Below, one piece after another: positions 12,734-26,699 of a stretch of DNA of 64,000 nt. The stretch's first letter is position 1. Every line of letters begins with the position of its first letter. Under the pieces are notes generated by a model that did no database searches, was not told where the DNA came from, and was given only the letters and a program-made list of their open reading frames with translations. Origin of the DNA: Prorocentrum cordatum (taxonomy: Eukaryota). The position numbers and the translations under genes are program-made. The stretch is from assembly GCA_963575745.1 (NCBI GenBank), contig CAUYUJ010000303.1, forward strand, positions 124,001 to 188,000, written 5' to 3'.

Positions 12734-12941
12734 CCCAACAGAGAGTAAGAGAGAGAGAGAGAGAGTGGGAGAGAGAGATTGCTGCGCGTGTCTCTCTCAG
12801 ATCTCTCACGCTACCGCTCCGACCCAACCTGGAACAGTCTGCCAGCGCTTGGCGCTTATTCCCAATATAGTTGAAGTTCATGCTTCCCCCGATTCCTCTC
12901 GCGAGCGACAGAGAGAGAGAGAGAGAGAGGGAGAGACACGC

Positions 12942-12981
<40 letters not shown>

Positions 12982-15324
12982 AGAGAGAGAGAGAGGGAGA
13001 GAGAGCGAGAGAGAGGGAGAGAGACAGAGACAGAGAGACTAGGGGGAGAGACAGAGAAAGAGAGAGTGAGAGTGAGAGTGAGAGTGCGAGTGAGAGAGGC
13101 GCCCCCTCTCACCGCATCCCCACTCATCACTCCCTGGTGCGGGTGCATCTGCCTGTTCCTAGATCTTTGTAAGCGAGAAGATGTTGTCTATGAGCATGGT
13201 TATGCTCCGTCTCGATATCCGTTTCTTTCTGGTAGGTCTCCATATCAAGCGCGTCGGTGTATTCGTCCATACTTATACATATATATATGTGTATATATAA
13301 TGCAGTTGTACATGTATACACATGTGTGTTTGTTTAGGGATGCGTTATGTGAGCATTTGCCCATCGGTTTCCCTCCAGGAGGCTTGGACCACCGCGTTCG
13401 AGGATCGGGTGAAGGAGCACATCGCCAAGAAGATGATGGAGAAGGACCCCGCCAGTGTCGGCCAGAAGAGAGGCCCGAAGGTGAAGATGGATGGACATCG
13501 GTACCCTGGGGGTCAGGCTGAGGATGAGGATGAGGATGCAGACGGTGTGGGTTCACGCTGTCGAGGGCGGGTCGGGGCACGAAGGATGTGAAGGTTGAAT
13601 TTTCGGGGTCGGGCGGGGGAGGAGACCTCAGAGAAGCATGAGCATGAACATGTCTGTTCACTAAGTGGACCTGGTGACATCAGAGACGGTGGAGAAGGGC
13701 CGACGGGAAAACAGACCGCCTACATGTGTGCATGCACGTGTATACAGACGTACACGCACCCATGTAGGCGGGATGTTTTCCCGTTTCGCTCCGGACGACC
13801 CATATCGGAGCCTCCGCACCCGAAGGTACTTACAATCGCGGGCTGCTCGGAAGATCTTCACCCACTGGCAGAAGCTGAACGGCCACCTCCAGTCGCCGCT
13901 GCGCTCGAAGGCAGACGAGGAGACCCAGGACCGAAGCAGGGAGGGATGCCAGCTAGGGGAGGTGGTTCTGATAGGAGTGACCATGACGAGGGGGCCCTTG
14001 ACAGGAATCGGGAGGACGAGGATGAGGATGATGAGCGTCATGTAGGAGGGTGTTCACATGCATTCCTGTTCGTGCGCGGCTGTGCGGTGGCATCTTTGAT
14101 TGTCCTCGTCGGGCCCCCATCGTAGTGGAATCCACTTCACAATCAGAGGTGCCTGTTGATTGCTACGTCATGTTGGTTGTTACGTCCTACACTCGTGCAA
14201 ACATCGGCCTCAACTTGTTTTCGCATATGCTGTTTATCATGCCATATTTCTGCGGTGTAGCATCGTTTCCCGATTCGTTCATCAAGCAGCCTACACCTAG
14301 GCGCCCCGATATATTAGCCTTGGCCCCGCCCCCCCACCAGGACGGCGAGCCCGACTCCAAGACCATCGACGACGACGACGAGGACATCTGCGAGAACCAG
14401 AAGGCTGAGATCTACAAGGCCATGCTCGAGGACGACAGCGACCTCGAGGGGGGGAGGGGCAGAGGAGTCGCAGGGAGAGGGTGAAAGGAACAGTGGGCAG
14501 CACAGGGCATGATGGGGGGAGGATGGGCAAAGTCGGAGGGCCTGGGAAGGCATGGGGTGGATGGAGGAGGGTGTGCATGTACCAATACGCGCACACATGT
14601 GTGCATATATATATATATATATATTAACCTATACATCTATATCAATATATGGATACATGTCTATGGGTATCCATGTGTATGCATGCATCTGTATACACAC
14701 AAACATACACATATATGTGTGAACATATAAACTGTATGTCGTGAGAGGCGGGTAGAGGGTTGGAGGTCGCGGGAGGCAGGTTGCAATGCGCGTAGCTTCG
14801 GACACACGTTCACCATGTCGGCCCCCCATCTCCCCCGATTGGCTTCCGAGGGAAGCGGAGGATCTCGCCAACGCGACGTCAAGCTCAGCGGCGGCGGCAT
14901 CGGGGATGGCTTCGTGTCCAGGCGCTTCTCAGACGAGGGTCGCGGTTCAGAAATCAGCACACCCCCTCTTGCAAAGCCTGATGAAAAAGGAGAAGACGGC
15001 GAAGCAAATGAAAAACAAAGAAAAAAACACGACAATGAGAAGCGCAACAACATCGCCACTCCAGTACCGATGGGTGCCCTCACTGCCGCTGCCCCGAAGT
15101 CGACCACGAAACCACTGAAAGGTCACCCGTCCTCTGCCGAGGCTTTCGAGGAGACGCCGACTAAGCTTGCCCCGAAGGCGGGCTCGACCCCGAAGACTAC
15201 CCCGAAGGCGACCCCGAAGGCGACCCCGAAGGCGACCAGCCCAGCGGCCGTGGTGCCGATGAAGCGGCCAGCTGGGATCGCGAAGAGGCCTGCGAAGAAG
15301 CAGGCGAACTGGTATGCACCCTGA
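12225..15324 (+). CDS. Multi-exon cargo gene 1 (unknown product, Lys/Pro/Ala-rich basic C-terminus); 5' end uncertain, may be degraded
   Basis: Exon-like blocks bounded by AG acceptors and GC/GT-type donors: CDSVPDFSSYPLEWASRPNKEHLK; EAWTTAFEDRVKEHIAKKMMEKDP; DDPYRSLRTRRYLQSR; DGEPDSKTIDDDDEDICENQ; and a final exon ending TPKATPKATSPAAVVPMKRPAGIAKRPAKKQANWYAP*. Confidence 0.6.
12695..13095. repeat. (GA)n microsatellite tracts; others at 37555, 43605-43686, 47280-47532, 48850-48936, 49120, 49395 and 53950-54165
   Basis: Directly visible. Confidence 0.9.
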
Positions 15325-15995
15325 AATGTCTCGACGCAGCATGCCCTAACCATTAGATCGATGCTGCACGTGTTCGAAATTCGGGGTATCCTTCTCATCG
15401 GGGGTGGGGCAGTGCATAGCAATGTGAGTCGGTGAGTTGTCACGCCTCGCCTCTTCGTATCTTAGCACTCGGCCTGCTGGGCCCAACGCTCACGCGTTGA
15501 AGACCCCACCCCAACGCCCCCCCTCTTCATCAACGTCCGTCGCCTCATATTGCCCTTGCCGTTCCCATCATCATCTCGTTGTCTTGGCTATCATCGCAGT
15601 CGTGTCCGTCGCCATCATCATATCGATCACCATCGTCACCATCCCTAACGTCATCAGCATCAGCACCATCAACAGCATCATCAGCAACATCACCATCACC
15701 ATCACCATCACCATCACTATCACCAGCATAATCACCAACCACATCTTCGCCGCCACCAGCATCACCGTCATCCTAACTATCATCAACATCATCATCATCA
15801 TCAGCAGCAGCAGCAGCCGCAACAGCATCAGCGTCATGATCATCACCATCATCAACATCATACGCACCAACATCTCACAACCAGAATCAGCAGCATCATC
15901 ATCAGCCTCCATATCATCAGCAGCAGCGTCATCATGATCACCAGGGGTATCATCATGGCCACCATGACCACCATCACCACCACCATCATCAGCGC

Positions 15996-17730
15996 ATGGC
16001 CTGCAAGGCGAGCGCCGAGGCCGAGCCGCCAGAGGTGGAAGACGCTGCGCAGGAAGCCGCAGTTGAGGAGAAGGAGGAAGGGGAGGAGGAGGAGGAAGAG
16101 GAGGAGGAGTGGGCGGGCGACCCCGAGGGCATGGCCGTGGACGATGCCGTTGAGGCCGAACCCGAGGAAGGCGAAGCCGATGCTGAGGAGCGCCCCGACG
16201 CTGAGGACGGCGAAGCCGAGGCTGAGGAAGGCGAAGCCGAGGCTGTGGTCGAGGACCCTGACCCCGAGGCAGCCGAGGTCGTTGCCAACGACGAAGGCGA
16301 GGAGGAGGAGGAGGAGAAAGCATGCGAGGAGGATATCGATACGGTCAAGGAGCTCGGCATCGCCGAGCCTGCAGCGCTGAAGGTGATGTGGCCCCGAGGT
16401 GAGATCCCGAGCAGGTTGCTGGACGGCTACGTCGAGCACGACAACGTGAGGTACCATCTGAGGACGAGGCGCAGGAACAGCGAGGGCTACAGCATACTGG
16501 AGCATGTGACCGTGGACGCCGAGGGCAACAAGCTGACGCCGAGCTACAAGCAGTTCCTCCAGGTGTCTGACAAGACGTGGCTGGTCCCAGACGACTGCCG
16601 TCGCCAGAACAGCGACATACTGTCGCAGGCGCCTCTATTTCATTACGCGCCACCGTTGAGGTAGGAGGGGGAGGCAAACATGAAAACTAAATGCATGAGG
16701 ATTGGGGGAACGGAAATGCCGAGGGAGGTGGATGACGAGGTACAGCTCCCACTGCCCTGCTCCTCCTCCCCGCCCCCCGCGCAATTCCTCCTGCTCCCTG
16801 GTGCCCCTTCCTGTTGTCCTTCTTCCGTTGCTGGCGCCATCGCCCATCGCCCCTAGATCACCGTGTCGGGTCGGCGCGCGCCCGCCTCGACATAGCATGC
16901 GCCCTATCTAACAGATGGTCCTCGCCAAGTGCATCGACGACCAGACCATCAAGAAGGAGTACGCCATCGGCAGGAGGAACGAGTTTCTGGAGATGACAGG
17001 CCGCGACATCTTACTCAGTCGGTGCTTCGAGGTCGATTAGGATCGGACGGGGGGCGTAGCTCGCATGCCGGAGGGGGGGATGGCAGCTCGACGCATCGGA
17101 CAGTCCATGCATGCAAGGCGTGGGCACGCAGGCGCGTGCCCCACTCGATTCGGTAGATGTTGTAGTTTGAGAGCGAGGGGGAGGGAGGGCGATGCTTAAG
17201 AGCGGTAAGAGAGAATGGAACCACGTCGAGCGAGCACGGGAGCGGATGAGAGAGAGCGAGAGGGAGAGAGACTGCGGGAAAGTGAGAGAGATAATATATC
17301 GAGACATGGGCTGACAGGTGTCTATACATATGTATATAGAAAGAGGGGCTGCGATCTGTATACATACATACATACATACATACATACATACGTGCATACA
17401 TATATACATTCAGACATACATACATACGTACATATATACATGCATACATACAGGTGTGCGTACATAGATGTCGATATATACATATATATATATATATGTA
17501 TAGGCATATGCACAACTACACGTTTACAAGACAGACGCGCAGAGGGAGAGGGACATATGGATAGAGCGATCTACACAACAAACCACAATACACATATATA
17601 CATATATATATGTTTATATCGAGAGAAGACACCACCATACGAAGAACTACACGGCTGCATCCATGGCGAACGAGCGTTCCATGTGTTTGAAAAGCATTGT
17701 GTCGAGCAATTCCTTGGACACATCGGGTGA
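15996..17730 (+). CDS. Multi-exon cargo gene 2 (acidic N-terminus, unknown product)
   Basis: First exon 15996 to about 16628 (MACKASAEAEP...QNSDILSQ) ending at a GC donor; exon at about 16914-16999 (MVLAKCIDDQTIKKEYAIGRRNEFLEMT); probable last exon ...PYEELHGCIHGERAFHVFEKHCVEQFLGHIG*. Confidence 0.6.
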
Positions 17731-19569
17731 GGGGCAATGTTGTTAAATCCCTGTCTGACTGTCTGGGGTTTGGGTTGGGGACCTCGGTTGACGGGGGCGG
17801 GTGTGTTTTGCGAACCCCCTGGGGCAATAAGGAGAGCCCGCGGATCCATATAGGGGTGGATGCGCGTCGGAAGATAGCCCGAGCGAGAGCAGAGGGGGAA
17901 TGCTGGGCAGGGGCGTCTCGCTGAACATCTGCCTGTCGATCTACTTCGGCGGCGTCTTTGAGAGGGGGCCCATTATCGCCCGAGCCCCCGCTGCTTTTTG
18001 ACAGATCGAGTGCCGACGTCACTCACGACAAAAACATATGTACATGAGCTTGGCTGGCAATTGCAACGCCGTGCCCCCTGGGCGCCCCAACCCCCGCCAC
18101 GACGCCCATGCGTCGATGTATCGACTGACCCCCGTGAGCGATTCGGAGCCCTCGGTGTGGTTCAGGCTACTCCAATATCCCCTCCCCTCCCGATGCCCTC
18201 CGAACAAGACCCGTCTGCCTCATCCAATGTTCCGTGCCCTCGTCCGACCCTGCCCCTCCCGCGCCGCACTTTGCGCAGGCGCGCGCTGCTCAAGCGCGCA
18301 ACTGTGCGAGCCAGATCGGTGCCACCACCACCCCAGCTCCGCGCACGTGGAGTGCGCGACTCCTCTTTGGTGAACGGGGTGACACCTATATAAAACATAT
18401 GTAGGTATATCTATATATATACACATGAAGAACTAAATACATAAACCTATTCATATGTTTGTATGTCCGTATGCATGTGTGTACGTATGTACGTACGTAT
18501 AAGGCGGTATGGATACGCAGGTGCAGGTGCCAATGTTTATGAACATGCACGTGCGTATGTATATGTATAAGTTTACGTAGTTGTATGCGTAACGTTGTAC
18601 ATATGCATGTGCCTGGTTGTTCGTCCGTGTTTACACCGTACATGCTTACTTGGATAAGCATGGTGTGTGTTTATATGTATGTATACATAGGTATGTGTGT
18701 GTGCGTGCTCTGGCGGGTTCGCGCATCTATCTGCAACCACCTGCGTGCACATCGCGTCGACGCAGCGCTGCAACATGCGCGCGCGCGTGGCACGCGCGCG
18801 TTGCCCATGTACGCGGCGCACAAATTGTATACGATGTACATGTTGCGGGTCAAGTCTGCTCAGCCCCTCCCCCACCGACGTCCCAAATAACCCCCTCACC
18901 AATGCCCCTGCACGCGCCGCCGCCCACCCAGTCCCGCCCCCGCCCCCTGCCCCCCGTCGAACCCAGCTAGCCCCCCCTCGAACACCAAGCCCTCTAGCAT
19001 TAAGCGTTCAAACGTGTACTAGGTGTAGGTTGGCGTGGGAGGCGCGCGCGGGGGGGGGGAACACGCTCGGATGTGGGTGTGGGGGGGGGGGGGGGGGGGG
19101 GGGGGGGCGCGTGCATGTGGCCCCCGCCCGTAGCCGAGGTGCTGGCGAAGATCTTCGGCGACAGCGCAACGACGTGGTGATCTCCAGCGGCTACGCAGTA
19201 CAACACCCACGCAGGCGGTCGAACGGCTGCGGGTTGTGGAGGCGGCCGAACGCAATTCGCGTTGGGGGGGGGGGGGGGCTGCGCGGGGTGGCCACTAGGG
19301 TCGCGTGGGCGCATGGCGGCGGCGCGCGCAGCTGCAGTGGCGCATCGTTGGGGCTGCACGCGCAACTCCAATCATGCGCCCACGCAGCTGCGCGTGCCCC
19401 GCGACGCGCCCCCCGACCCCCGAGGCCACTTCGCCGTGCCTCACCTGACGCGCGCTGCGCGTGGCCGCCTCCGCGATCGCGCAAGCGTTGCCGTGTTTTT
19501 TTGTTGCTGTTCTCATGCGAATCATGTTGGTTCCATGCGTTTCAACGTTCAGATTTGTTTCTGATGTCT

Positions 19570-20775
19570 CACGCGTTGTCATGTGTTTTCATGTGTTTTC
19601 ATGTGTTGTCATGTGTTTTCATGTGGTTTCATGTGTTTCGATGTTCCTGTGTTTTCATGTGTTTTCAAGTGTTGTCATGTGCTTTCATGTGTTTTCATGT
19701 GTTCTCATGTGTTTTCATGTGTTCCGATGTTCCTGTGTTTTCATGTGTTTTCATGTGTTTTCATGTGTTGTCATGTGTTGTCATGTGTTTTCATGTGTTG
19801 TCATGTGTTTTCATGTGTTGTCATGTGTTGTCATGTGTTTTCATGTGTTTTCGCGTGTTTTCATGTGTTTTCATGGGTTCGCATGTTCCTGTGTTTTCAT
19901 GTGTTTTCACGTGTTGTCATGTGTTGTCATGTGTTTTCATGTGTTTTCATGTGTTGTCATGTGTTTTCATGTGTTGTCATGTGTTTTCATGTGTTGTCAT
20001 GTGTTTTCATGTGTTTTCATGTGTTTTCATTTGTTTTCACGTGTTTGTATGTTCCTGTGTTTTCATGTGTTTTCATGTGTTCTCATGTGTTCTCATGTGT
20101 TTTCATGTGTTTTCATGTGTTGTCATGTGTTTTCATGTGTTGTCATGTGTTTTCATGTGTTGTCATGTGTCTTCATGTGTTTTCATGTGTTGTCATGTGT
20201 TGTCATGTGTTTTCATGTGTTGTCATGTGTTTTCATGTGTTGCCATGTGTTTTCATGTGTTGTCATGTGTTTTCATGTGTTTTCATGTGTTTTCATGTGT
20301 TTGCATGTTCCTGTGTTTTCATGTGTTTTCATGTGTTGTCATGTGTGTTCATGTGTTTTCATGTGTTTTCATGTGTTGTCATGTGTTTTCATGTGCTGTC
20401 ATGTGTTTTCATGTGTTGTCATGTGTTGGCATGTGTTTTCATGTTTTTTCATGTGTTTGCATGTTCCTGTGTTTTCAAGTGTTTTCATGTGTTTTCATGT
20501 GTTTTCATGTGTTGTCATGTGTTTTCATGTGTTGTCATGTGTTTTCATGTGTTGTCATGTGTTTTCATGTGTTGTCATGTGTTTTCATGTGTTGTCATGT
20601 GTTTTCATGTGTTGTCATGTGTTTTCATGTGTTGTCATGTGTTTTCATGTGTTGTCATGTGTGTTTTCCTGTGTTTTCCTGTGTTGTCATGTGTTTGTAT
20701 GTTCCTGTGGTTTCATGTGGTTTCATGTGTTTTCATGTGTTTTCATGTGTTTTCATGTGTTCTCACGTGTTTGCA
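19570..20775. repeat. 10-bp minisatellite CATGTGTTTT/CATGTGTTGT, about 1.2 kb
   Basis: Directly visible; it produces the Cys/Val/Phe pseudo-ORFs in the track. Confidence 0.97.
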
Positions 20776-21209
20776 TTGTTCCACATCCGCGTGCACTTAA
20801 GTGCACCCCGACGCCGCCCTTGCCATGTTGTGTTGTTTGCGTGTGCGTTCGTAGTTTTTTTTTATGTATACGTACATATAGGAAAGAAGAAAAAAAAGGC
20901 GGCGCGCAGGGGGAGGGGGGGGGAATGCCCCCGCTTGGAGCAGTTCGCGCGCTTGCGCCAGGCGTGCCCCGAGCGGTCCTGTCGCCTGTCGGAGCTGCCC
21001 CCCCCCCGCCCGCCCCCCGCGCGCGCGCCACGTGCGTGCCCGCGCGTAGCCTGCGCGCGAGTGCATGTGCATACTTGATTTGACGGACGCGCGCGCAAGT
21101 ACACTTGGGCGACTACGCGTGCGCATACCCGAGTGTGCGTGCACGTGTGCGCATATATGGGCGTGCAGACATGCAAAGGCAATGTGCGTATTGTACGTAC
21201 ACATATAGT

Positions 21210-21510
21210 GTTCATACATACACGTATACATACATACATACATACATACATGCATGCATACATACATACCTACATACATAGCTACATACATAGATACATA
21301 CATACATACATACATACATACATGCATACCTGCGTACATACATACATACATACATACATACATACATACATCCATACCTACCTACCTACCTACATACATA
21401 CATACATATATACATATATACATACATACATACATACATACATGCATACATGCATACCTGCGCACATACATACATACATACATACATACATGCATACATA
21501 CATGCATAAA
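21210..21510. repeat. (CATA)n microsatellite; also at 11245-11340 and 17360-17450
   Basis: Directly visible. Confidence 0.95.
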
Positions 21511-21806
21511 CAAATATACATGGCTGAACATATGTATATAGACATCTATACGTGTGTATGTGTATATATAAAAATATATGCGTACATGTATAGTGTATAC
21601 AGCTATACATCACGCCATGCGTGACCCCCGGAACCCGCGACCAAGGTCGGACGGCCGTTCTGGTAAAACCCCACCCATCCCACACCCCGAACCCCTCCTG
21701 AAAGTAGCCGCCAACGCGGCCCGTACCCCCAAGTCGCAGGCACATTCGGTCCTTGCCTGTTCAGATCCGTCCGGTGCATTGGATGGGGCGGGGGCCCAGG
21801 TGACGG

Positions 21807-24800
21807 ATGCCGCCCAAGAAGGAGAAGAACAAAAAGGTCCGATCAGATCTTTAAATTGGGACGCACGCGTGCGTCCACGCATATACACGTTCACACATGT
21901 GTGAACGTGCGTGTATGCGTGGACGCACGCGTGCGTCCCAAAGATCTGATCGGACCTTTTTGAAGGCCACGGACCGCACCAGCACGGCAGCAAAAGAGAA
22001 GAGAAAGGACAAGTCGTCTCATGAAAATGCGATGGCCAAGATGAGGCACCTTGGGTGTGTAAACCACGGGAACGACACACACAGACACGCAGTTTTGACA
22101 TCTTGGTTCCTTCTGATTTCTCACGTTGGGTTCTGGAGGGGTGGTCGCGGGCGCGATGGCCCCGATCGTACCCTGAGGTACCACGTGGAGAAGACGCGGC
22201 CCGAGTTGAAGAGACAGTTCAAGCGTCTCAACCGCGAGAAGAAAAAATAATGGTTGAAAAAATGGATGGCCGAAGGCCGCGACAGGGCAGACTTGGGACA
22301 ACAGTGCACAACATAACATGGACTGGCAAGTATGAGAGATGAGGAAGTAGAGGAGGAAACAGCGCGGGAGGGAGAAACACATTTGAGGGAAGAGGAAGCA
22401 GGAGGAAGGAGGGGTAGGGTGAGTAGGACGTAGGAGGGAGGAGGTGTAGGGCGAATAGGAAGCAGGAGGAAGTAAGAGGAATGAGGGGAAATATTGAGTT
22501 GTGACGGCCGACGATGACGTACCCTTCCTCCCCGCATGCCAGGCGATTTCGACTGGGTGAAGTCCGAGAAGAAGGAGTCAATGTACAGCGACGGGGGCCA
22601 GGGGACCCGCGGGCGCTGGTACACCAAGGACGATTTGTCGCGCATGTTCGGGTGGGACAATTCCGCGCCCACCTCCGACATGAGCGTGAGGATGCGCTGT
22701 TTGTTTCGGGGGGGAGGGGGAAGGGAAGCTAGAACTGATGAGGGGTGCACTCGAGATGTCGCACTCCGTTCGTCCTGTTTCCATTTGTCCTGTTGCTGCT
22801 TCGGCCGTGCCAGCGGCGCTTCAGATGCTTGGCGCGCACGCCCCCCTCGAGGTCCCAGCTGTTATGCCCATAGCTTGTCATCTTAAGTCAGCGAGCCCCA
22901 CGTTCGCCGACAGCCCCCCCCCCCCGTGAAGGGTAAAGTATCTCCTGCTGATTTCGAATGGACGCCTCCCCTCAATTCAGCCCCCCCTCCGACTATGATC
23001 TAACTACTCCGCTCGCAGGGCCGAGCAGCGCGCCCTGGCGCAGATCGCCACGTGCGAGCAGTTCAAACGCACTCGCGTGAAGGAGGGGCGGGGAGATGCT
23101 CTCATCATCGTCACAAGTGTTATCGATCCGATCCGAGTCCATAGATGGATCGATTCATTCCGAGTTGGACTACGATGGGGGGATAACGAGCGTCGGCGGC
23201 GCCGACGATCACTCATTGGAAAATCGGGGCAGGTCGACCCCGACCACGGAGACGTGATGTACAAGCGCTACGATGACGAGGAGTTTGACACGCAGGCCGT
23301 GCCTTGCGATTGCTCTTACGTTCCTTTCCCCACCCGCCCTGCATCGCCCCCTCCTACTATACTGCGCATGGAAACCACTTGCTACACACCAAGGCCGTTG
23401 CCATAACCCTGTGTACATGCAGATTGCTTGCCGTGCTGCGCGGCACGCACATCCCCCTGCTAAGCCGATGTGCCGTGCGACGTGGCTGCTGTGAGTGAGC
23501 GAGTGGCATGTCTCCACTTCTTCCTCCCACCTTCCCTCTGCGCCGCTGCTCGGGCCCACGCGCAAGCTCGAGCGCTGCGCCCTCCCCCGCAGGGCAAGCG
23601 CAAAGAGATCTCGACCACCATGGGCACCGACAAGCAGGCGCTCGACAAGCGCCAGAAGGCTATGGTCAAGGCCAGCGGGCCAGGAGGGGAGGGAAGGAGA
23701 GTCGCAGGAAACTGGTGAGAAGGATAGTGCACGCGAGCATAAGGAGGACCGGGGTAATGCAGAGTCGGCAAAAGGTAATGATAGCGATGATGAGGGTAAT
23801 GGCGAAGGGGCTGGGGGGAATCAGGGAGATACACCAGCATCATGAGCGGCAGCAGGGTGAGTGGGATGCCGATGCGGGAGGACTCGTGATGAAGATGGCG
23901 AGGTTTGAGCTTACTGCCATTGGGGAGTGATGGTGCTATGATGGTGCTGCTGCTGAGGATGATGGTGATGATGAGGCGGAGTAGGAGGAGATGGAGGAGG
24001 ATGCGGAGGAAATGAGGATGAAGATGGGCATGCTGATGTTGATGATGATGGTGATGGCGATGGTGATGATGATGCTCACCATGATGATGAGGATGACGAT
24101 GACGATGCTGATGATGATAACGAGGATGCTTATGACGATGGCGATGATGATGATGATGCTAGCAACAATAACGATGCTGATGATGATGTTGGTGATGCTG
24201 ATTATGCTGATGCTGATGATGACAATGATGGTGGTCGTGATGCTGATGCTGATGATAGTGGTGATGGTGATGGCGATGGTGATTGCGATGATGACGATGA
24301 TGATGATTATGATTATGGTGATGATGCAGATGGTGATGTTGATGATGCGCCTGCGTCACCAAATATGTGGCTTTTCAAACGCGTGGATGCCGACTGATGT
24401 CCTGAGGGGCAACGGCGATACTGAGTGTGATGACGACAGCGGTGCTGATGATGCTGCTGATGACTATGCAGATGAAGATGGCGGTGGTGCTGGTGTTGAT
24501 GATGATGCGGATGCATGTGGTTGGTCTATTCGGATGACGCGGGGCAGGACGCACAAACAAACCATCATTGCAGCTGCGAGGCCGAGAGCGACAGCGACGA
24601 TGACGAGTCGGGCAGCAGCTACAGCTACACGTCGGAGGACCGACGCCAGGGTTGCTCGGTCGGCAGCTCCTCCCGATCACCCCACACACATACACAAACA
24701 CGCACGCACACACACACCACACAATTATATAGATGTACGTATATACAAACACCTAAAGATTATACATGCATATATGAACATGTGAATCTACACGTGTATG

Positions 24801-25848
24801 CATGTGTAAACAAAAAAACGTATATCTTAATCTACCTAAATGTATGCACATATGCATGCACGTCCGTGCGTGCCACGCCTGGTGCCCTCAACCCATCTTC
24901 TAATGCATGACCATCATTCCCGATCCCATCACCATCAACTCCTGTCCCCACCCCCACCCTCCCCCATCGCCTCCACGTGGATCCGTCTCGGTGCTCCCGC
25001 CCCCTCCCCCGCCCCCCAGTCGCGCCCTGCCGCGCCGCTCTCATCTCAACATTTCCCTCCCTCAAATGTGTATGTTCCCTGTCACCCCTGCTGCCCCATG
25101 CAACCGTCATCCGGGCGTCCCCATCCCAGGAACAGGCGGCTGCGGGTGCTGCGCCTTCAAACCCAGCGACTGCCAAGCTGGGCGAGCTTGTCAATGTGCT
25201 GGCTATCTTGCAGGGCTGGAAGGCCCCTCCTGGGAGGGAGGTTGTGTTAACGTCAGTAAGCACTAGTTCAGAGTTCTTCACTCGGCCCTCGCGTTGACTT
25301 GCTCGTTGAGCGGGGGCAAGCAGGAGACAGGAGGAACACATCAACTGTGCGAGCGCTTCGGGCAGCAATGCCCCTGCTTGCGCGCTCGTGTCATGCTTGG
25401 CAGGCGGCGGACCACGCCTGGCTCAAGCACTGGGACACCCCGCTCAAGGAGTCCATCAAGAACCTGATGATATACGAGAAGGTCCTGAAAGAGATGGCAC
25501 AGGGCGGGTCGTCCAGCGCTGCGACGGCGATGGAGGAGAGATGATGACGAGGACACGCAGGTGGCATGAGGCTTGAAGGGTTCAAGGAAGGAGGGGAACT
25601 GATCGAGGGAGGGAGGGCTCGGGCGGGGGAGGAACGCAGAGGCATGCATGGGGGCGACATCCAGGTACCCCGAGATAGCATGATCGCCTCAGTCTGCACC
25701 CCTCGCGAATTGAAATCGGCGAGTCAGGTCTTCGAAGGAGTTCCCCACAGCCTGCACGGCGATCGAGGACGCAACGAAGCTGCACGGCAACCTCGTGCCG
25801 ATCATGCAGTCCGTGGCGGCGGCGCTCGAGAGCGCTAAGAAGAAGTAG
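21807..25848 (+). pseudogene. Multi-exon cargo gene 3 (about 10-11 short exons, charged protein), with apparent in-frame stops near 22248 and 25711
   Basis: Reconstructed exons: MPPKKEKNKK | ATDRTSTAAK...AKMR | YHVEKTRPELKRQFK | DFDWVKSEKKES...RWYTKDDL | AEQRALAQIATC | VDPDHGDVMYKRYDDEEFDTQ | GKRKEISTT | ... | AADHAWLKHWDTPLKE | ...ALESAKKK*. Confidence 0.65.
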
Positions 25849-26699
25849 GGGCAGGCCGCAGGTTGCCCCCAGGATTTGAACGCAGAGCGTACGTTGTCGC
25901 TCAAGAGGTTACCCCTAGGATCGAACCATGTCGGTTCAAGAAATTTCTAGGTTTTGACCGCGGTTCGGCATCTGACCCTGGAAATGAGCTCTGCGTTCTG
26001 GCCCAGCACCCGCCTCGGGAAGGAGGCTGCGCTTTTCTTTCAGCGTCACAATGCTGCCTGCCCCTCTCGTTATACAGGTTTTCTTACCCATGAATCCTGG
26101 GGGCGTCGCCGTGTCCAGAGAGGGGGGCCCACACCCATCCCTTGAAGTAGATGCAGCGGCATTGTGATGCGCCGTAGTTTGAACGGCGCATGCGGCTTGT
26201 GGATACGATCGACAAGCGTGTCGCAGCGATAGTGGAAAAGATTGTGCGAGCCCGGCGGGTATTGCGATAATGAGTTGGTCATGTTGTTTGTATCACGTGC
26301 ATTGTGATTTGCGAGGCGCGGGGTCATCCACATCCACCGCCTGAGGAACCGACCTCCGCTGAGACGGGCGATGGACGTCCACGCATGTGAAGAACGGTCG
26401 GTTTCCCAGGCGGTGGCTGCTGATGCACCCCGTCCTCGGCGTCCTCGGATTCATGATACTTAGTTCCATGCACGGTACAGTTGCGACAACATGTTGCACG
26501 CCAGAAGTGTTCGGTGAGTTTCCCGCCCCAGCGCTGGGTCGGCTCCTGTCGATTCCTCCTGGCTCCCCCGTGCCCTCTACGAGAAGCGGCGGCGGGGTGG
26601 TGATCGTCTGGTCCAGCGCAGTTTCTGCTTCACGTGCCATCGCCTCGAGCCACGCTCGCAGATCGAGCCCCCGCCCATCCAAAGTGAGTGTCTCTCGGC

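Noticed and set aside
18697..21083. Long Cys/Val/Phe/Met-rich ORFs (793, 540 and 405 aa)
   Set aside because: They are translations of the 10-bp minisatellite, which has no stops on this strand.
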